DNA of 64,000 nucleotides from Bacteroidales bacterium (GCA_046546095.1 JBKGYK010000003.1:4220-68219); one strand, 5' to 3'; shown: positions 48,222 through 59,374, counted from the first letter of the stretch. Numbers and translations are program-made. The notes: generated from the letters alone by a model not told the origin.

Positions 48222-49904
48222 TCAATCCTGCAGTGCTTCTGAAATATTGATCAGATGATCACCCATATCTTCACACCGGGAAATAATATCCAGAAAGACT
48301 ACCCCGGCCTGATAAGGGTATTCTTTTTTGCGAATATTTTCCATGTTGACATCTTTGAGCCTATTCCTGTGTTTATTGATCTTTATTTCAATACTGTAAG
48401 CCTTTTCCATATCAGGAAGCCTGCCTTCTCTGTCCGCATGGAGATTGGCATGTAGACATGCAAATGCCTGATCCAGCAAATCAAACATATCCCAAACTTC
48501 TTTTCGCAAATCCGGTGTAAACCAGACCCTGTGCTCATTCTTTCTTTGAAGAATCCTCCCAAGATTATAACATGCATCAGCTATACTCTCCATATTATCA
48601 CTGATTTTCAGCAATGATCTGATCCTACGGCTGGCGGCTATTGACAAATCACTTTCTGAAAGTTTAGCCAGATAAGCAGCAATTTCAACCTCATTGCTAT
48701 CCATGCGTATTTCATTTTCCTCCAACTGAGCCAGCAACATACCTTGTTTTTCAGAATCAGTTTCAGCAAATAAATTTTTAGATATTGTATACATTGAATT
48801 TGTCAGATCAGCAAAATTCAGCACCTCTTTTCTTGCCTGCAACAAAGACATTTCCGATGTAGATAGCAGACCGGTGGCAATATATTTCAGGCCACTGCCC
48901 CTACCCGTATTTTCAGGGAAAATCCTGTTCATCAAACCTGCCCAGGGCTCAATAAACCACACAAGCAAAAGCAGATTGAAAAGATTGAAAAGTGTGTGAA
49001 ATACAGCAAGGCCAATTGGTATGGCAGCCAGATCATTCATGGGCGAAGAGTTCTCAATACTGAAGGTTAGGGATGATGAAAGCTTTACGAGATATGTAAA
49101 CAATAAAGTGCTAAACAATGCGGCCATAAGATTAAACATAAAATGTGAAAAGGCCGCTTTCTTTGCTTTTCTGTTCGCCACCAAAGCAGCAATATTTGCC
49201 GTTACGGTAGTTCCGATATTACTCCCGATAATCATGGCAGCGCCCATTTCAAAACCTATCCATCCATTGCCGCACATCACAATAATCAGGGCAAGCATAG
49301 CACTGGATGACTGTACAATCAAGGTAAGTACAACACCTACAAGTATAAACAAGAGCACACTTCCATTTCCGGCGGCAGTATAATTTGAAAGAAAAGACAG
49401 CACCTCCGGCTGATCATGTATATCCGGAACCGTAAGTTTCATAAAATCCAGGCCCAGAAACAAGAGGGAAAAACCGAACAAAACCTCACCCCAGGAGCGC
49501 AGCTTGCTTTTCCTGGAAAATAGCAGGGGAAAGCTAATGGCCATCATTGGCAAGCATATAGCTCCAATCTCAATTTTAAACCCAAGGATGCCAATCAACC
49601 ATGTGGTAATGGTTGTGCCGAGATTGGCCCCGAGAATCAGAGAAACACTTTCTGTCAGGCTAAGCAAACCGGCATTAACAAAAGAAACAAACATCACTGT
49701 GCTTGCTGAAGAAGACTGAATGATTGCAGTAACAAGCAAGCCTGACATAATGCCTGTAAAATGATTTTTTGTCATGCTACGTAGAATATTACGTAATCCT
49801 GCACCGGCAACCCGTTGCATAGATTCACTCAGCAAGCGCATACCATACAAAAACAGAACCACTGCTCCTGTGAGCTGTAATATTTGAAGTAAACCAAATT
49901 CCAT
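48222..49904 (-). CDS. Na/Pi cotransporter family protein with a C-terminal PhoU-like domain
   Basis: Two QSSSA repeats (IIQSSSASTVMFV, IVQSSSAMLALI) in the TM domain. The C-terminal helical region has PhoU-type motifs (ISDNMESIADA, RCEDMGDHLINISE). Confidence 0.85.
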   Translation of the reverse strand: MEFGLLQILQLTGAVVLFLYGMRLLSESMQRVAGAGLRNILRSMTKNHFTGIMSGLLVTAIIQSSSASTVMFVSFVNAGLLSLTESVSLILGANLGTTITTWLIGILGFKIEIGAICLPMMAISFPLLFSRKSKLRSWGEVLFGFSLLFLGLDFMKLTVPDIHDQPEVLSFLSNYTAAGNGSVLLFILVGVVLTLIVQSSSAMLALIIVMCGNGWIGFEMGAAMIIGSNIGTTVTANIAALVANRKAKKAAFSHFMFNLMAALFSTLLFTYLVKLSSSLTFSIENSSPMNDLAAIPIGLAVFHTLFNLFNLLLLVWFIEPWAGLMNRIFPENTGRGSGLKYIATGLLSTSEMSLLQARKEVLNFADLTNSMYTISKNLFAETDSEKQGMLLAQLEENEIRMDSNEVEIAAYLAKLSESDLSIAASRRIRSLLKISDNMESIADACYNLGRILQRKNEHRVWFTPDLRKEVWDMFDLLDQAFACLHANLHADREGRLPDMEKAYSIEIKINKHRNRLKDVNMENIRKKEYPYQAGVVFLDIISRCEDMGDHLINISEALQD

Positions 49905-50004
49905 GAGACCTTCAGAAAAGTTGCAATAATAATAAATGTGAGATTTTCATCTTAGCAAATCAGGTTAAGAAATGGTAAAGTCAGTACATAAAATCTGTAT
50001 AATA

Positions 50005-50021
50005 ATTAACGTTAAATTAAC
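50005..50021. promoter_or_regulatory. ATTAAC-N5-ATTAAC direct repeat (11-bp period) containing the 10-bp palindrome TTAACGTTAA; possible regulator site between two phosphate transporter genes
   Basis: ATTAAC occurs at 50005..50010 and 50016..50021, with the palindrome at 50006..50015. It sits where a -33 element for the PiT promoter would be. Confidence 0.2.
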
Positions 50022-50042
50022 ATGGCGCATCACCAATAATTT

Positions 50043-50050
50043 TAAGTTTG
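50043..50050 (+). promoter_or_regulatory. Candidate -7 box (TAAGTTTG) upstream of the PiT transporter gene
   Basis: TAnnTTTG match 22 nt upstream of the ATG at 50073. There is no TTTG at the -33 position, where an ATTAAC direct repeat sits instead. Confidence 0.35.
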
Positions 50051-50072
50051 CCTAACAACATAATCGAAAACA

Positions 50073-52295
50073 ATGGACATTTTTTTAATTATTGTAATCG
50101 TTCTTTTTGCACTGGCTATCACCGATTTGGTTGTAGGTGTCAGCAATGATGCAGTCAACTTTCTAAACTCCGCAATTGGAGCACGCGCAGCACGTTTCAG
50201 AAATTTAATGATTCTTACCACTATTGGTATTATCCTTGGTGCGGTTTTTTCCGGAGGGATGATGGAAGTAGCCAGGAAAGGCATTTTCCATCCTGAGCAT
50301 TTTTTCTTTGATGAGATTATGATCATGTTTCTCGCTGTCATGCTAACGGACATTATCCTTCTTGACACATTCAACTCAATAGGTCTGCCAACTTCTACTA
50401 CGGTATCCATTGTTTTTGAATTGCTCGGAGCGGCAGTCGGGATGTCAATAATTAAAATTTACAACAATCCGGAGTCTCTCCCCATAGGCGAGTATATCAA
50501 TACAGACAAAGCCCTTGCAATCATTTTGGGCATCCTGCTCTCGGTGGCCATCGCTTTTACGGTGGGTGCCTTGATACAGTACTTGTCCCGTCTGCTGTTT
50601 TCTTTCAATTTTGATAAGCGGATGAAGTATTTTGGCTCTGTTTTTGGCGGTCTGGCCATCACAGCAATTACATACTTCATGCTGATTAAGGGTGTTAAAA
50701 ATGCCCCTTTCATGACCGATGAGATCAAAAACAGTGTAGAAGGTAATTCTTTTCTGATAATGGCCGGGAGTTTTGTTTTCTGGACAATCCTGATGCAGAT
50801 TCTACACATGACTTTCAATATCAATATTCTGCGTTTCATTGTATTGATAGGTACAATAGCCCTGGCCATGGCTTTTGCCAGTAACGATCTCGTAAACTTC
50901 ATAGGTGTACCACTTGCCGGGCTGGATGCTTACCTGAATTTTACAAATGCCGGTGGAGAACCTTCCGAATTTGCCATGACATCCCTGTCGAAACCCGTAG
51001 AAACGAAAACCTACCTGCTTGTAATTGCCGGTATTATCATGGCAGCCACACTTTGGTTTTCCAAAAAAGCCCGATCTGTTGTAAAAACATCTGTCGATCT
51101 GTCAAGACAAGATGAAGGTGAAGAACGTTTCGGCGCTTCAGGATTTGCACGCTTTATTGTCAGAGGCAGTATAAGAATATCCAGAGGCAGCAACTTAATT
51201 CTTCCGAAAGGCCTCAAAAGAAGAATGAAAAAACAATTCAGGCCAAACAAAGAAATCGAAAAGCTTCCGGCAAAAGACCGCCCGGCCTTTGATATGCTGC
51301 GTGCTTCTGTTAATCTTTTTGTGGCCAGTATCCTGATATCCATCGGCACATCACTTAAATTGCCCTTGTCAACCACCTATGTTACTTTTATGGTAGCTAT
51401 GGGAACTTCCCTGGCCGACAATGCCTGGGGCCGTGAAAGTGCAGTTTACCGGATTACCGGTGTAATCTCCATTATCGGTGGCTGGTTCCTGACTGCCTTC
51501 TCTGCCTTTACCGTGACTTTCCTGATTGTATCCATTCTGCATTTTGGTGGCATCATTGCCCTCTTTGTTTTGATTCTTCTGGCAGCATTGCTGATCTACA
51601 AAACATACATGAGACACAGCTCAAAAGAAAAAGAACGTGCAAGAGAAACTGAATTATACAAAGGTGAGCGCAGTTTCTTTGAAGTTTGCAGAGATAATGT
51701 CAGTTTTACCATTTCCAACATGCAGGATCAATTTGAAGTTACCATCAACGCACTGATCAACAATGACAGAAAAGCACTGAAGAAAAACCTGAAAAGAATC
51801 AAGAAAACAAGCAATGAGAGTAAAGCACTCAAAAACAATCTGTTCAGCACAATCCAAAAGCTTGATAAAGAAGATATCACAACCGGTATGTATTATGTTC
51901 AGGTACTTGACTATATGCGGGAGGCAGCCCACAGCCTGACATACATCGGGGAACCTGCTCTGGTACATGTCGAAAATAAGCATAAGGAAATGTCAAAACC
52001 CCAGATTAAAGCACTAAACCGACTTGTTCAAACATACCTGCCCATTCATCAGGCATGCCGTGAAATGGTAATGAAAGGTGATTTTACTGCCGTTGATCAT
52101 GTGAAAGAACAACAGGATTATCTCTTCGATCTGATTGACGAGCTCAAAAAAGATCAGCTCAAGCGAATCAAAAATAAAATAGACGGAACAAAAGCCAGCG
52201 TGCTGTTTATCAACCTGCTTCAGGAAACCAAACTCTTGTCTATCAGCATTGTAAACACACTCAAATCATACAGGGATTTCACAGAAAAACCATAA
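50073..52295 (+). CDS. PiT (PHO4) family inorganic phosphate transporter fused to a C-terminal helical PhoU/DUF47-like domain
   Basis: PHO4 repeats GVSNDAVNFLNSAIG and ASNDLVNFIGVPLAG. About 228 aa of soluble helical sequence follow the last TM helix (about 51610..52295). Confidence 0.8.
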   Translation: MDIFLIIVIVLFALAITDLVVGVSNDAVNFLNSAIGARAARFRNLMILTTIGIILGAVFSGGMMEVARKGIFHPEHFFFDEIMIMFLAVMLTDIILLDTFNSIGLPTSTTVSIVFELLGAAVGMSIIKIYNNPESLPIGEYINTDKALAIILGILLSVAIAFTVGALIQYLSRLLFSFNFDKRMKYFGSVFGGLAITAITYFMLIKGVKNAPFMTDEIKNSVEGNSFLIMAGSFVFWTILMQILHMTFNINILRFIVLIGTIALAMAFASNDLVNFIGVPLAGLDAYLNFTNAGGEPSEFAMTSLSKPVETKTYLLVIAGIIMAATLWFSKKARSVVKTSVDLSRQDEGEERFGASGFARFIVRGSIRISRGSNLILPKGLKRRMKKQFRPNKEIEKLPAKDRPAFDMLRASVNLFVASILISIGTSLKLPLSTTYVTFMVAMGTSLADNAWGRESAVYRITGVISIIGGWFLTAFSAFTVTFLIVSILHFGGIIALFVLILLAALLIYKTYMRHSSKEKERARETELYKGERSFFEVCRDNVSFTISNMQDQFEVTINALINNDRKALKKNLKRIKKTSNESKALKNNLFSTIQKLDKEDITTGMYYVQVLDYMREAAHSLTYIGEPALVHVENKHKEMSKPQIKALNRLVQTYLPIHQACREMVMKGDFTAVDHVKEQQDYLFDLIDELKKDQLKRIKNKIDGTKASVLFINLLQETKLLSISIVNTLKSYRDFTEKP

Positions 52296-52385
52296 AAACC
52301 GGATTCAGCATATATTCCTGTTACTTTTTGCGTGTAATTTTACTATCTTTCGACCAAAAACAGGTATGAACCATACCATCCATTT

Positions 52386-53360
52386 ATGATAAACACCAAG
52401 CATTACAAACGCAAAATCCTGATTACCGGAGGTGCGGGTTTTATAGGTAGCGCTACTGCAAAAAAACTTATACAGGACAAAGATAATTATGTCGTTGTTG
52501 TGGATAATCTCAGTACCGGGCATATTGATAAGCTACCGGAAAAATCAGAAAACTTCACATTCATAAAAGCCAATGTCAATGATTACCGGGATATCCTGGA
52601 AATCATGCTTGCCTTTCACTTTACACACGTTTTTCATTATGCAGCAGTTGTGGGAGTGCAGCGTACACAAGAAAATCCCTCCATGGTTTTAGATGATATC
52701 AAAGGCATTGAAAACATTCTTTCTGTTTCTAAAAACATCGGAGTTAAACGCGTCTTTTTTGCATCCTCTTCTGAGATATATGGCGAACCCGTTGAAATCC
52801 CGCAAAATGTTTACACCACTCCGCTCAACTCCAGATTGCCTTATGCAATTGTTAAAAACCTGGGCGAAGCATATCTCAGATCATATCAAAAAGAATACGG
52901 TCTGGATTTTACCATATTCCGGTTTTTTAATACCTATGGCCCATTACAAAGCAAGGATTTTGTCATCAGCAGATTCCTATCACTTGCTTTAAAAAACAAG
53001 GACATCACCATTTATGGAGACGGACAGCAAACACGCACCTTTTGTTACATAGACGATAATGTTGATGCCTGCGTAAAAATTGCGTATGATGACCTTCTTG
53101 TGAATGATGTCATTAACATTGGTCAATCTAACGAAACCAGCATAAAAACACTGGCAGAAACAATCATCCGACTTTGTGGTTCCAGCTCAAAGCTAAAATA
53201 TTTGCCGCCACTCAAAGATGGTGACATGAAACGCAGATGCCCCGATAATTCCATGATGAAAAAAATACTGGACAGAGAACTGATAAGCCTGGAAGCGGGC
53301 ATCAAAAACATTCTTGACCAGGGATTATTTGAATTAAACCGTACTGATTGCGATGACTAG
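52386..53360 (+). CDS. Extended-SDR NAD-dependent epimerase/dehydratase (UDP-glucuronate decarboxylase-like)
   Basis: ILITGGAGFIGS, YAIVK catalytic Y-x3-K, GDGQQTRTFCYIDD motif typical of the UXS family. Confidence 0.72.
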   Translation: MINTKHYKRKILITGGAGFIGSATAKKLIQDKDNYVVVVDNLSTGHIDKLPEKSENFTFIKANVNDYRDILEIMLAFHFTHVFHYAAVVGVQRTQENPSMVLDDIKGIENILSVSKNIGVKRVFFASSSEIYGEPVEIPQNVYTTPLNSRLPYAIVKNLGEAYLRSYQKEYGLDFTIFRFFNTYGPLQSKDFVISRFLSLALKNKDITIYGDGQQTRTFCYIDDNVDACVKIAYDDLLVNDVINIGQSNETSIKTLAETIIRLCGSSSKLKYLPPLKDGDMKRRCPDNSMMKKILDRELISLEAGIKNILDQGLFELNRTDCDD

Positions 53361-54324
53361 TTTTGAAGACATACAAAAGCTCATAACAAAGCGTTTAGAA
53401 TCACTGGATTTTGAAATTGAGCCTTACAATCTGTATAAGCCGATTGAATACAGTTTATCAACCGGTGGGAAACGCATACGTCCGGCACTGACAATGATGG
53501 CATATGAATTATTCCGATATGATATTGAGAGCGCTGTAAACACTGCCGTTGGAATTGAGGTATTCCATAATTTCACACTATTGCATGATGATATCATGGA
53601 TAAATCAGAGATGCGCCGGGGACAAGCAACGGTTCACAACAAATGGAATCCTGACATTGCCCTGCTCTCAGGAGATGCCATGTCCATCATGGCCACTTCC
53701 CTTATTAACAAATCCCCCAGAAACCAGAAAGAGGTGATGGATGCCTTTACCAGGGCCGCCCTGGATGTTTGTGAAGGTCAGCAATATGACATGGATTTTG
53801 AAAATGCCCACAATACAACCGAAGATGATTATCTGAAAATGATAAGTCTCAAAACAGGCGCCCTTCTTGCTGTGAGCCTGAAAATAGGCGGGCTGATGGC
53901 CGATGCATCCAAACAGGACATTGAAAATCTATATAAGCTGGGCATTTCACTGGGAATAGGATTTCAACTTCAGGATGACTGGCTGGACTGTTACGGCAAT
54001 CAGGAAGAGTTTGGCAAACCAATAGGCAAAGACATTCTGAATAAAAAGAAAACATTCCTGTGGATAGAAGCCATGGAAAAAGCAGATTCCGGCCAGAGCA
54101 AACAGTTGCTGGATATGATGCAGAACAACAACATAGCGGACAAGGAAAAAATTGACAACATACTTCATGTTTATAAACAGCTGGGTATCCCCCAAAGCAC
54201 AAAAAATACCGTTGAGGCCTGTTTTAATGAAGCCATAAGTTATCTCGACAAGATCAAAGTAACTGAAACACAAAAAACTGTATTGAGGCAACTGCTGGCA
54301 AAACTCAAAAGCAGATCACACTGA
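53353..54324 (+). CDS. Polyprenyl diphosphate synthase (trans-isoprenyl synthase family)
   Basis: First and second Asp-rich motifs LLHDDIMD and FQLQDDWLD. 8-nt overlap with the upstream gene. Confidence 0.85.
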   Translation: MTSFEDIQKLITKRLESLDFEIEPYNLYKPIEYSLSTGGKRIRPALTMMAYELFRYDIESAVNTAVGIEVFHNFTLLHDDIMDKSEMRRGQATVHNKWNPDIALLSGDAMSIMATSLINKSPRNQKEVMDAFTRAALDVCEGQQYDMDFENAHNTTEDDYLKMISLKTGALLAVSLKIGGLMADASKQDIENLYKLGISLGIGFQLQDDWLDCYGNQEEFGKPIGKDILNKKKTFLWIEAMEKADSGQSKQLLDMMQNNNIADKEKIDNILHVYKQLGIPQSTKNTVEACFNEAISYLDKIKVTETQKTVLRQLLAKLKSRSH

Positions 54325-54340
54325 TTTTTTCAACCCCTGA

Positions 54341-55939
<1,599 letters not shown>

Positions 55940-55944
55940 GGCTT

Positions 55945-56187
55945 ATGTTGAATGTTGAAATCATATCACCGGAAAAATCCCTTTTTGAAGGAGAGTGTGA
56001 AATGGTGCAGGTCCCAGGTGCAAAAGGAGCTTTCCAGATTCTCAATATGCACGCACCCATTATTTCTACTCTCGTGGAAGGAAAAGTACGGGTACTTGGC
56101 GTCCGGGGAAAAGAAGAATTCTTTGAAATCAGCAGCGGCGTGGTGGAATGCCACGATAATAAAATCATTATTCTTGTAGAAAAATAA
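55945..56187 (+). CDS. atpC: F0F1 ATP synthase subunit epsilon, short form (beta-sandwich only)
   Basis: 80 aa, 5 nt after atpD. The N-terminal sandwich pattern (VEIISPEKSLFEGECEMVQVPGAKGAFQIL) is present, with no C-terminal helical hairpin. Confidence 0.85.
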   Translation: MLNVEIISPEKSLFEGECEMVQVPGAKGAFQILNMHAPIISTLVEGKVRVLGVRGKEEFFEISSGVVECHDNKIIILVEK

Positions 56188-56197
56188 AGATTGATAC

Positions 56198-56238
56198 AAA
56201 AAAAATGCCCGCCGGAATTACCTGCGGGCATTTTTTTT
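56198..56238. terminator. Bidirectional terminator between convergent atpC and the T9SS cargo gene
   Basis: ATGCCCGC (56205..56212) pairs with GCGGGCAT (56224..56231) around an 11-nt loop. It is flanked by an A run upstream and T8 downstream. Confidence 0.75.
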
Positions 56239-56250
56239 ACATAAGAATTT

Positions 56251-56970
56251 TTACTTTACAATCAGTTTCTGTGTATCCATCACCTCTCCATCAATTGAGT
56301 AGCGATAAAAATAAGTGCCTTTTTCAAGTTGATCTGCAGGAATGCTTAAGCTTCCGGATCCGCTTCGTTTATAATCCAGAACACGTTTTCCCAACATGTC
56401 ATAAACAGTAACAACCAGTTCAGCACCTGGCTTTAGATCATAATCCAGACTTGCCACACTGCTGGTGGGATTTGGATATATGTCACTAACAATCAAACCA
56501 CGCAGAGCGTCTTCCACGGAAGTTGTGGCATCATAAATCACGGTGAAAGAAACTGAATCAGAATTGTCATCAACATTAAACACATTATAATCAATGGTTG
56601 ACAGTCCGGGGTTTCCATTGGGATTGTATTCTACGTAAAAACCACCCAATTCTCCATCAGCGGGCACAACAAATTCCGGAGACAAATCAACCTGTGGCAT
56701 CAGACAGGTACCTGTCACACAAATAGAATTGATGGAACCGTCAACTACATCCTGATCAACACGTTCCATTCTGGCAGTAATATCACGACTGTCATTGTTT
56801 TTAATAACAAATTCCAATACCATCATATTCTCTGTATCACCAGCCAGGCTGATGTTAGACTCAAGCTCCTGACCGCTGTCTTCACTAATCAACTGAAGAT
56901 TCTGTGACTGTCCAATACGTACCGATATAATAATTATGGCAATAAAAAGTACAATTTGTTTCATATGCAT
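56251..56970 (-). CDS. Secreted protein of unknown function with a T9SS type-A C-terminal sorting domain
   Basis: Signal peptide. The C-terminus DIYPNPTSSVASLDY...VTVYDMLGKRVL...GTYFYRYSIDGEVMDTQKLIVK matches the Por secretion tail pattern. Confidence 0.75.
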   Translation of the reverse strand: MHMKQIVLFIAIIIISVRIGQSQNLQLISEDSGQELESNISLAGDTENMMVLEFVIKNNDSRDITARMERVDQDVVDGSINSICVTGTCLMPQVDLSPEFVVPADGELGGFYVEYNPNGNPGLSTIDYNVFNVDDNSDSVSFTVIYDATTSVEDALRGLIVSDIYPNPTSSVASLDYDLKPGAELVVTVYDMLGKRVLDYKRSGSGSLSIPADQLEKGTYFYRYSIDGEVMDTQKLIVK

Positions 56971-57258
56971 TTTTTTTCTTTAACAAAAATACGCTTTTTT
57001 TTCATGCAGCCATTTCCCACGCTGCAACTGACACTTTAGCCTCAAAAAACATGCCAGCCTCCGAATCAGGTGCCACAGCATTTACCAAGGCATAGCGAAG
57101 AAATGCAAAAAAAACAAAAGCAACTCGCTTATGGAAAATTACACGCATTTATACTGTCACTTATTATCTATCCTATAATTTTATTCGAGACCAGTATTAA
57201 TTCATGAACCTGCATAGAACTTAATATTATCTTGCTGCAGTAACAAAAAAACATTCTT

Positions 57259-59322
57259 ATGAAAAAATCTTTACTTTTGATTAGCTTAATTAGCCTTACA
57301 CTTCTCTCCTTTGGCCAAAGCAAAAAAAACGGTTTAATCTGCACTCAACCTTCCCAAACAACCAAAAGCACCACCGCCGAATGGGCGCAGGTTGTTGACT
57401 TCACCTCCACCGACATTGACGGCGTTGAGCACCATCTTCAGAGCTACCTTGATGCAGGTAAATATGTCATCGTAGATCTTTCAGCCACCTGGTGCCCACC
57501 ATGTTGGAATCTTCATCAGTCCGGTGTATTTGAAGACCTTCACAACAATTATGGTCCGGACGGGACAGATGAACTCGTTGTGCTTTGGGTAGAAAATGAC
57601 GCATCAACAACCCTGGCCGATATCGAAGGTACCGGGTCTAACACCCAGGGAGACTGGACCAATGGCGGGGATTTTCCTGTACCTATTATTGATGATGCCA
57701 GCATCACTGCAAGTTTTTCCGAACTTTATGAAAATGCAGTGCCTACCGTATTTATGGTATGTCCCTCAGGCATGTATAAAGATGTTACCGAAGAAGCCTG
57801 GACAAGCGCAACAGCAGTATATAATACCATCACCGGATGCCCTGACGAGAACAACGACATGGAAATGACCAGCGTTTCAACAACCAATTCAACAACGGAT
57901 TGCGCTTTGGGTGCAAACGAAAATGTTGTGATCGAAATTACAAACATCGGGATTGATGATGTTTCAAATGTTGATGTTTCCTATACCATCAACGGCGGAA
58001 CTGCTGTTACAGAAACCATCGCAGGCCCGATTCCTGCTACAGAAACATCTACCTATACTTTCAACCAGACTGAAGATTTATCAGCTATGGGTGCCTATGA
58101 AATCGAAGCAACTGTCAACTGGCCAGAAGACCCTGAACCAGCCAACAATACAAAAACCGGTATGGCTATTTCCGGTGACAGTGAAATTACACTTGATTTA
58201 ACTACAGATGATTATCCCGGAGAAACAAGCTGGGATATTGTCGATAATGCAACTGGTACTGTAATTGCTGAATCACCAGTGTATGAAGGTGAAAACACAT
58301 CCTATACAGAATCAATTTGCATTCTCAGTAGCAACTGTTACACCTTCACCATTTATGATGAGTATGGTGACGGAATATGCTGCAGCTACGGAGATGGTTC
58401 TTATACCCTGACAGTAGATGGAACTCAAGTAGGAAGCGGTGGTGATTTCGATTCATCAGAATCTGTAGAGATTGATGCACAAACACCAGGTTTTTCAGAC
58501 CTCACGTTCTGTACAGGCGAAACCATTGACTGGGATACAAATGTTGATGGAACATTCTCAGCTTTACCCGGAGACATTGATAACAGCACTACCGGTGAAT
58601 ATACGATAACCTATACCATCAATGAAGGCGAAACATGCGAAGCTTCCGAAACTTTTACCGTTTCAGTTGTTGACGATATTATTACACTTGATATCACGCC
58701 TGAAGATATTACTGTCTGCCAGGGCGATAGCATTAACTTTCCTACAGGTTTCGGTACATTTTCACCTGCAACGGTTGACAATAGCACTATCGGCACAACC
58801 ACTGTCACTTATTACATATCTCAGGGCACCTATTGCGAAAACTCCACAACCTTTGATGTTACTGTACTCGAAGCACCGGATGCAAGCATTACCCAGGACG
58901 GTTTTGTACTCTCAACCACAGCTTCTGGCGACCTGCAATGGTACCTGAACGGCGATCCAATTGAGGGTGCAACAGAATCTACCTACACCTGCACAGAAGA
59001 CGGTGATTACTATATGATTGCAACAGGTTCAAATGATTGCACTGACCAATCAAATACAATCAGTATTAGTGGTACAGATGTTGAAAGCCACAGCCTGGCC
59101 GACTTCAAAATATATCCAAATCCCGCTGTAAATCAGGTATATATCGAAGTCCCACAAAATTCTGTACACCTTAGTATTTATGATATCACCGGCAAAGTAT
59201 TGATCAAAAAAGATGATTTCAATACCAGCAGCCTGGATATTTCTGTTTTGAATGCCGGCGTTTATATGATTGAAATACAAAAAGATAACGCAAAAAGTGT
59301 GAGAAAACTTCTTGTTAAATAA
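57259..59322 (+). CDS. T9SS-sorted multidomain protein with an N-terminal thioredoxin-like (WCPPC) domain
   Basis: Signal peptide, then a Trx-like segment DLSATWCPPCW (CPPC at 57493..57504). Next come a CARDB-like segment, a Cys-rich YGDGICC module and two Ig-like repeats. It ends in a CTD (FKIYPNPAVNQVYIE...GVYMIEIQKDNAKSVRKLLVK). Confidence 0.78.
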   Translation: MKKSLLLISLISLTLLSFGQSKKNGLICTQPSQTTKSTTAEWAQVVDFTSTDIDGVEHHLQSYLDAGKYVIVDLSATWCPPCWNLHQSGVFEDLHNNYGPDGTDELVVLWVENDASTTLADIEGTGSNTQGDWTNGGDFPVPIIDDASITASFSELYENAVPTVFMVCPSGMYKDVTEEAWTSATAVYNTITGCPDENNDMEMTSVSTTNSTTDCALGANENVVIEITNIGIDDVSNVDVSYTINGGTAVTETIAGPIPATETSTYTFNQTEDLSAMGAYEIEATVNWPEDPEPANNTKTGMAISGDSEITLDLTTDDYPGETSWDIVDNATGTVIAESPVYEGENTSYTESICILSSNCYTFTIYDEYGDGICCSYGDGSYTLTVDGTQVGSGGDFDSSESVEIDAQTPGFSDLTFCTGETIDWDTNVDGTFSALPGDIDNSTTGEYTITYTINEGETCEASETFTVSVVDDIITLDITPEDITVCQGDSINFPTGFGTFSPATVDNSTIGTTTVTYYISQGTYCENSTTFDVTVLEAPDASITQDGFVLSTTASGDLQWYLNGDPIEGATESTYTCTEDGDYYMIATGSNDCTDQSNTISISGTDVESHSLADFKIYPNPAVNQVYIEVPQNSVHLSIYDITGKVLIKKDDFNTSSLDISVLNAGVYMIEIQKDNAKSVRKLLVK

Positions 59323-59336
59323 GATAATATTACCTG

Positions 59337-59374
59337 CTAAGGCCGGCAAATTGTCGGCCTTAGTTATTTGTTTT
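59337..59374 (+). terminator. Terminator-like hairpin after the T9SS thioredoxin-domain gene
   Basis: CTAAGGCCG (59337..59345) pairs with CGGCCTTAG (59355..59363) and is followed by TTATTTGTTTT. Confidence 0.6.
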
